A stretch of 64,000 nucleotides of DNA from an uncultured Bacillota bacterium (GTDB lineage Bacteria; Sysuimicrobiota; Sysuimicrobiia; Sysuimicrobiales; Segetimicrobiaceae), in the NCBI GenBank assembly GCA_963804645.1, contig CAWDRG010000009.1, positions 1,280,001 through 1,344,000 on the forward strand, written 5' to 3'. The notes beneath the pieces are model-generated. The model searched no databases and was not told where the DNA came from. It saw only the letters and a list, made by a program, of their open reading frames with translations. The first letter of the stretch is position 1. Each line of letters begins with the position of its first letter. Position numbers and translations under genes: made by a program. Below, in pieces: positions 59,600-64,000 of this stretch.

Positions 59600-60328
59600 A
59601 TGGCTGATCAGGCAGTATCGCATTCGCACGCCCCTGCGTATCCGTGGTGGCTGCAACCGTTCGCCACCGTCGTCATCCTCAGTGCGTTCGTCGTGTACTC
59701 GATCTGGGCGGCGCTGCAGGGCCGGGGCTACATCGCCCCGTACCTGTCGCCGTTCTACTCGCCGCCGGTGTCGTTTCGCGGGATCCCGATCTCGCCCGCG
59801 TTTTGGGTCGTGTGGGTGCCGGCGGGATTCCGGGCCACGTGCTATTACTACCGGAAGGCCTACTTCCGCTCGTTTTTCCGCGACCCGGTGTCGTGCATGA
59901 TTCCCGAGTCGCGCGCGCAGTACGCGGGCGAGACCAAGCTGCCGTTCATCCTGAACAACCTCCACCGGTACATGCTGTATCTCGCCGTCATCGTCCTGGC
60001 GTTCCTGTGGCGCGACACGTTCGACGCGTTCTTCTTCAACGGACAGTTTGGGGTGCACCTGGGGTCGCTGCTGTTCCTCGTGAACGTCCTGCTGCTGAGC
60101 GGGTACACCTTCGGGTGCCACGCGCTGCGGCATCTCGTCGGCGGCAACCTCGACTGCTTCTCGTGCGCGCGGGGCGGGCGCGTCCGGTACCGGTTTTGGC
60201 AGTGGGTGAATCCGCTCAACCACCGCCACGCGTTTTGGGCGTGGGCCAGCCTGTTCTCCGTGAGCTTCGTCGACATCTACATCCGGCTGCTGCTCGCCGG
60301 CGCGATCACGGACCCCAGGTTGTTCTGA
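59600..60328 (+). CDS. Succinate dehydrogenase membrane anchor, mycobacterial Sdh1 (Rv0249c-like) type
   Basis: YLSPFYSP, FRATCYYYRKAY, Y.GETK.P..L.NLHRY, GCHALRH, CFSC; directly upstream of sdhAB. Confidence 0.85.
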   Translation: MADQAVSHSHAPAYPWWLQPFATVVILSAFVVYSIWAALQGRGYIAPYLSPFYSPPVSFRGIPISPAFWVVWVPAGFRATCYYYRKAYFRSFFRDPVSCMIPESRAQYAGETKLPFILNNLHRYMLYLAVIVLAFLWRDTFDAFFFNGQFGVHLGSLLFLVNVLLLSGYTFGCHALRHLVGGNLDCFSCARGGRVRYRFWQWVNPLNHRHAFWAWASLFSVSFVDIYIRLLLAGAITDPRLF

Positions 60329-60343
60329 GGAGGGGGCGCCGCA

Positions 60344-62065
60344 GTGGCTGACTGGTACGAGACGCATCAGCACGATGTCCTGATTATCGGCGCGGGCGGC
60401 GCCGGCCTGCGCGCGGCGGTCGCCGCCGCGGAGGCCGGCGTGTCGGTCGGCCTGGTCTGCAAGTCCCTGCTCGGGAAGGCGCACACGGTGATGGCCGAGG
60501 GCGGCATCGCCGCGGCGCTCGGAAACCTGGACCCCCAGGACAACTGGGAAGTGCATTTCGCCGACACGATGCGCGGCGGCCAGATGATCAACGACTACCG
60601 GATGGTCGAGCTGTTCGCCAAGGAGGCGCCCGACCGAGTCTACGAGATGGAACGCTGGGGCGGCCTGTTCGACCGGACGCCCGACGGGCGCATCATGCAG
60701 CGGCCGTTCGGCGCGCACACGTACCGGCGGCTGTGCCACGTCGGCGACCGCACGGGCCTCGAGCTGATCCGGACGATGCAGGACAAGGTCGTGCACTCCG
60801 GCGTCGAGGTCTACATGGAAGTGACCCTGACGCGCCTTCTGAAGGACGGCGACCGGATCGCCGGCGCGTTCGGCTACCGGCGCGAGGACGGACGCTTCGT
60901 GCTGCTGCGGGCGAAGGCCGTGGTGCTGGCGACCGGCGGCTGGGGCAAGCTGTTCAAGGTCACCAGCAACTCCTGGGAGTGCACCGGGGACGGCTGCGCG
61001 ATGGCGTACGAGGCCGGCGCCGAGTTGATGGACATGGAGATGGTGCAGTTCCATCCGACCGGGATGGTCTGGCCGTCGGGCGTGCGCGGAATCCTCGTCA
61101 CCGAGGCGGTGCGCGGCGAGGGCGGCATCCTCCTGAACTCCAAGGGCGAGCGTTTCATGCAGGTCTACGACCCGAAGAAGATGGAACTGAGCAGCCGCGA
61201 CGTCGTCGCGCGCTCCATCTACAAGGAGGTCCAGGCGGGGCGGGGGAGCCCGCACGGCGGGGCGTTCCTCGATATCTCCCAGCGCGGCGCCGAGTACATC
61301 AAGAAGAAGCTCCCGAGCATGTACGACCAGTTTCTCACGCTCGCCGACATTGACATCACGACGACCCCGATGGAGGTCGCCCCGACGATCCACTACGTGA
61401 TGGGCGGAGTGCGCGTCGGGCCGGGCACGGGGCAGACCAGCATCCCCGGGCTGTTCGCGGCTGGCGAGGTGGCGGCGGGGCTCCACGGGTCGAACCGGCT
61501 CGGCGGCAACTCGCTGAGCGATCTCTTGGTGTTCGGTCGGCGCGCGGGCGAGCACGCCGCGGCGTACGCCAAGGGCGTGGCGCAGGAGCTGCGGGTGGAC
61601 GACGCGCAGGCGGATGCGGAGCGCCGCCTCCTGCTGCGGCCGTTCGAGGGCGGCGGCACGGAGAACCCGTACCAGCTCCATGAGGAGCTGCAGGACGTGA
61701 TGGGCACGCACGCCGGGATCGCCCGCACCGGCGACCAGCTCAAGGAAGGCCTCCAGAAGATCCTCGCGCTCCAGGCGCGCGCGGGGCACATGCACGTCAG
61801 CGGCTCGATGCTGTTCAACCCCGGATGGCACACGTGCCGGGACGTGCGGTTCATGCTCGAGCTGTGCGAGGCGATCCTGCGGGCCGCGATCGAGCGGACC
61901 GAGAGCCGGGGCGCGCACTGGCGCCTCGACTTTCCCGATCAGGATCCCGAGTGGGGACGCAAGAATCTCGTGGTCACGCGCGAGGGGGACGCCATGACGG
62001 TGGCGGCCGCTCCGGTGCCGCAGATGCCCCCCGAACTGGCTCGGCTGCTCGCGCCAAAGGTCTAG
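60344..62065 (+). CDS. sdhA: Succinate dehydrogenase/fumarate reductase flavoprotein subunit
   Basis: GAGGAG, KAHTVMAEGG, QFHPTG, TEAVRGEGG, RDVVAR, HYVMGG, HGSNRLGGNSL. Confidence 0.95.
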   Translation: MADWYETHQHDVLIIGAGGAGLRAAVAAAEAGVSVGLVCKSLLGKAHTVMAEGGIAAALGNLDPQDNWEVHFADTMRGGQMINDYRMVELFAKEAPDRVYEMERWGGLFDRTPDGRIMQRPFGAHTYRRLCHVGDRTGLELIRTMQDKVVHSGVEVYMEVTLTRLLKDGDRIAGAFGYRREDGRFVLLRAKAVVLATGGWGKLFKVTSNSWECTGDGCAMAYEAGAELMDMEMVQFHPTGMVWPSGVRGILVTEAVRGEGGILLNSKGERFMQVYDPKKMELSSRDVVARSIYKEVQAGRGSPHGGAFLDISQRGAEYIKKKLPSMYDQFLTLADIDITTTPMEVAPTIHYVMGGVRVGPGTGQTSIPGLFAAGEVAAGLHGSNRLGGNSLSDLLVFGRRAGEHAAAYAKGVAQELRVDDAQADAERRLLLRPFEGGGTENPYQLHEELQDVMGTHAGIARTGDQLKEGLQKILALQARAGHMHVSGSMLFNPGWHTCRDVRFMLELCEAILRAAIERTESRGAHWRLDFPDQDPEWGRKNLVVTREGDAMTVAAAPVPQMPPELARLLAPKV

Positions 62066-62074
62066 GAGGCGGCG

Positions 62075-62827
62075 ATGGCGGACGCAACGTTCCACGTCTT
62101 CCGCGGCGATAAGGCCGGCGGGGACCTGCGCACCTACCAGGTGCCGGTGATCGAGGGCATGGTGGTGCTCGATGCGATTCACTACATCCAGGCCCATGCG
62201 GATTCGACGCTCGCCTGCCGCTGGAACTGCAAGGCCGCGAAATGCGGCTCGTGCAGCGCCGAGATCAACGGCAAGCCGCGGCTGATGTGCAAGACGCGCC
62301 TCGATGCGTTCGCCGGGGAGCCGATCACGGTCCGGCCGATCAAGGTGTTCCCGTTGATCAAGGATCTCGTGACGGACGTCTCGTGGAACTACCGTGTGAA
62401 CAAGGAGATCCCGCCGTTCACGCACGCGCCGGACGATCCGGGCCCGTGGAAGATGTACCCGGAAGACGTCGACCGACTGTTCGAGTTCCGGAAGTGCATC
62501 GAGTGCTTCCTGTGCCAGGACGTCTGCCACGTCCTGCGCGAGCACGACGGCACCGACAAGTACTACGGGCCGCGGTTCATGGTCCGCATCGCCAGCCTCG
62601 AGATGCACCCCAAGGACGTTGAGTCCCGCACCGCGCTGCTGCACGGGCGCGGCGGCCTCGGGTTCTGCAACATCACGAAGTGCTGCGAAGAGGTCTGCCC
62701 CGAGCACATCCACATCACCGATAACGCGATCATCCCCCTCAAGGAACGCGTGGCCGACGACTTCTTCGATCCGTGGCGCGCCCTGCTGCGCATGTTCGGC
62801 GGGCGGAAGGAGCCGCGCGGGACCTGA
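62075..62827 (+). CDS. sdhB: Succinate dehydrogenase iron-sulfur subunit
   Basis: CKAAKCGSC..C, CIECFLCQDVC, CNITKCCEEVCP. Confidence 0.95.
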   Translation: MADATFHVFRGDKAGGDLRTYQVPVIEGMVVLDAIHYIQAHADSTLACRWNCKAAKCGSCSAEINGKPRLMCKTRLDAFAGEPITVRPIKVFPLIKDLVTDVSWNYRVNKEIPPFTHAPDDPGPWKMYPEDVDRLFEFRKCIECFLCQDVCHVLREHDGTDKYYGPRFMVRIASLEMHPKDVESRTALLHGRGGLGFCNITKCCEEVCPEHIHITDNAIIPLKERVADDFFDPWRALLRMFGGRKEPRGT

Positions 62828-62881
62828 TCGACGCGGGGTGGGCGTCGCGCCGCCCGGCGATGCTGGAAAGGAGCAGGTTCG

Positions 62882-64000
62882 ATGCTGACGCTTGACACGC
62901 TCACCCCTCCGAAAGAGGGCCAACGGATCGAGATCCGGGACGGCAGGATGCACGTGCCGGATATCCCCATCATCCCGTACATCGAGGGCGACGGTACCGG
63001 CCCCGACATCTGGCGCGCGACGGTGCGCGTTCTCGACGCCGCGGTCGCGCGGGCGTACGGAAAGAAGCGCCGGATCGTGTGGTTCGAGGTGTTTGCCGGC
63101 GAGAAATCGCACGGCCGATTCAAGACCTGGCTGCCCGAGGACACGCTGCGCGCGTTCTCTCACTACGTCGTGGGCATCAAGGGGCCGCTGACAACGCCGA
63201 TCGGCGGCGGGATGCGGAGCCTCAACGTCGCGCTGCGGCAGCTCCTCGACCTGTACGCGTGCGTGAGGCCGGTCCGCTATTTCGAGAACGTCCCGAGCCC
63301 GGTGAAGCGGCCCGAAGACGTCGACATGGTGATCTTCCGCGAGAACATGGAGGACATCTACGTCGGGTACGAGTTCGCGAGCGGCACCCCCGAGGCGAAA
63401 AAGCTGATCGAGTTCGTGAACCGTGAATTCAAATGGAAGGTGCGCGAGGACTCGGGCGTCGGCCTCAAGCCGATGAGTCCGTTCGGCAGCAAGCGGCTGA
63501 TCCGGAAGGCAATCCAGTACGCGATCGCCCACCAGCGCCCGAGCGTCACGCTCGTGCACAAGGGCAACATCATGAAGTACACGGAAGGCGCGTTCAAGGA
63601 CTGGGGGTACGAGCTCGCCCGTGAGGAGTTCGGCGGCCAGACGATCTCGTGGGACGACGTCGAGAAGCACCACGGCGGCAAGACGCCGGCGGGCAAGGTG
63701 CTGATCCAGGACTACATCGCCGATGTTACGTTCCAGCACGTGCTGACGCGCCCCAAGTCGTTCAGCGTGATCGCGACCCCCAACCTGAACGGCGACTACC
63801 TCTCGGACGCGGTCGCGGCGCAGGTGGGCGGGATCGGGATGGCCCCGGGCGGCAACCTGAGCGATCACCACGCGGTGTTCGAGGCGACGCACGGGACCGC
63901 CCCCAAGTACGCCAACCTCGACAAGGTCAACCCCGGCTCGCTGATCCTCTCGGGCGTCATGATGCTGGAGCATCTCGGGTGGAACGAGGCCGCGGACGCC
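62882..64000 (+). CDS. icd: NADP-dependent isocitrate dehydrogenase, 3'-truncated by the window edge
   Basis: Translated by hand: [70 protein letters not shown]. Missing from the ORF track because no stop is reached. Confidence 0.96.
   Translation, partial: MLTLDTLTPPKEGQRIEIRDGRMHVPDIPIIPYIEGDGTGPDIWRATVRVLDAAVARAYGKKRRIVWFEVFAGEKSHGRFKTWLPEDTLRAFSHYVVGIKGPLTTPIGGGMRSLNVALRQLLDLYACVRPVRYFENVPSPVKRPEDVDMVIFRENMEDIYVGYEFASGTPEAKKLIEFVNREFKWKVREDSGVGLKPMSPFGSKRLIRKAIQYAIAHQRPSVTLVHKGNIMKYTEGAFKDWGYELAREEFGGQTISWDDVEKHHGGKTPAGKVLIQDYIADVTFQHVLTRPKSFSVIATPNLNGDYLSDAVAAQVGGIGMAPGGNLSDHHAVFEATHGTAPKYANLDKVNPGSLILSGVMMLEHLGWNEAADA

Noticed and set aside
58565..63973. 1802-aa minus-strand ORF
   Set aside because: Antisense shadow of the sdh genes and icd caused by GC-biased codon usage; only the last 282 codons (58565-59413) form a real gene.
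1..64000. CRISPR arrays, IS elements, prophage or defence genes
   Set aside because: No spaced direct repeats or transposase, integrase, phage or nuclease motifs seen by eye; short or degenerate elements could be missed.

Overview
GC-rich bacterial chromosomal window, about 60 genes. I found no rRNA, complete tRNA, CRISPR array or transposase/integrase. Layout: (1) 1-3.7 kb, accessory segment with a PEP-CTERM protein, two paralogous small beta-rich proteins and an uncharacterised acidic/basic gene pair. (2) 3.9-10.7 kb, CocE/NonD hydrolase, agmatinase-family enzyme, 2-hydroxyacid dehydrogenase, Cys-rich secreted protein, MFS transporter. (3) 10.8-26.7 kb, a co-directional catabolic cluster of unknown substrate built largely from paralog sets: 3 ACMSD-like amidohydrolases, 3 D-2-hydroxyacid dehydrogenases (one frameshifted), 2 M24 metallohydrolases, a His-rich LVIVD protein, a Gfo/Idh/MocA oxidoreductase, a sugar-type ABC transporter without ATPase, and a Zn-alcohol dehydrogenase whose 3' part is inverted onto the opposite strand. 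(4) asmA-like, thyX and small secreted/membrane genes. (5) T-box-controlled ilvBNC-leuA-[cimA remnant]-leuB-panE. (6) PrsW-like pseudo-protease, helical protein, TrpR-like HisR, ccmH. (7) hisZGDBHAF(IE) with a clear promoter, a HisR-type operator and a HisD with altered Zn ligands. (8) cNMP-thioredoxin reductase-like enzyme, two S9 peptidases, PduO, DUF6582-like protein, SDH-type Clp protease. (9) mycobacterial Sdh1-type succinate dehydrogenase and the start of icd. Diderm markers alongside Firmicutes-style regulation suggest a diderm Terrabacteria lineage (inference). All family calls come from motif recognition by eye; no database searches were run.
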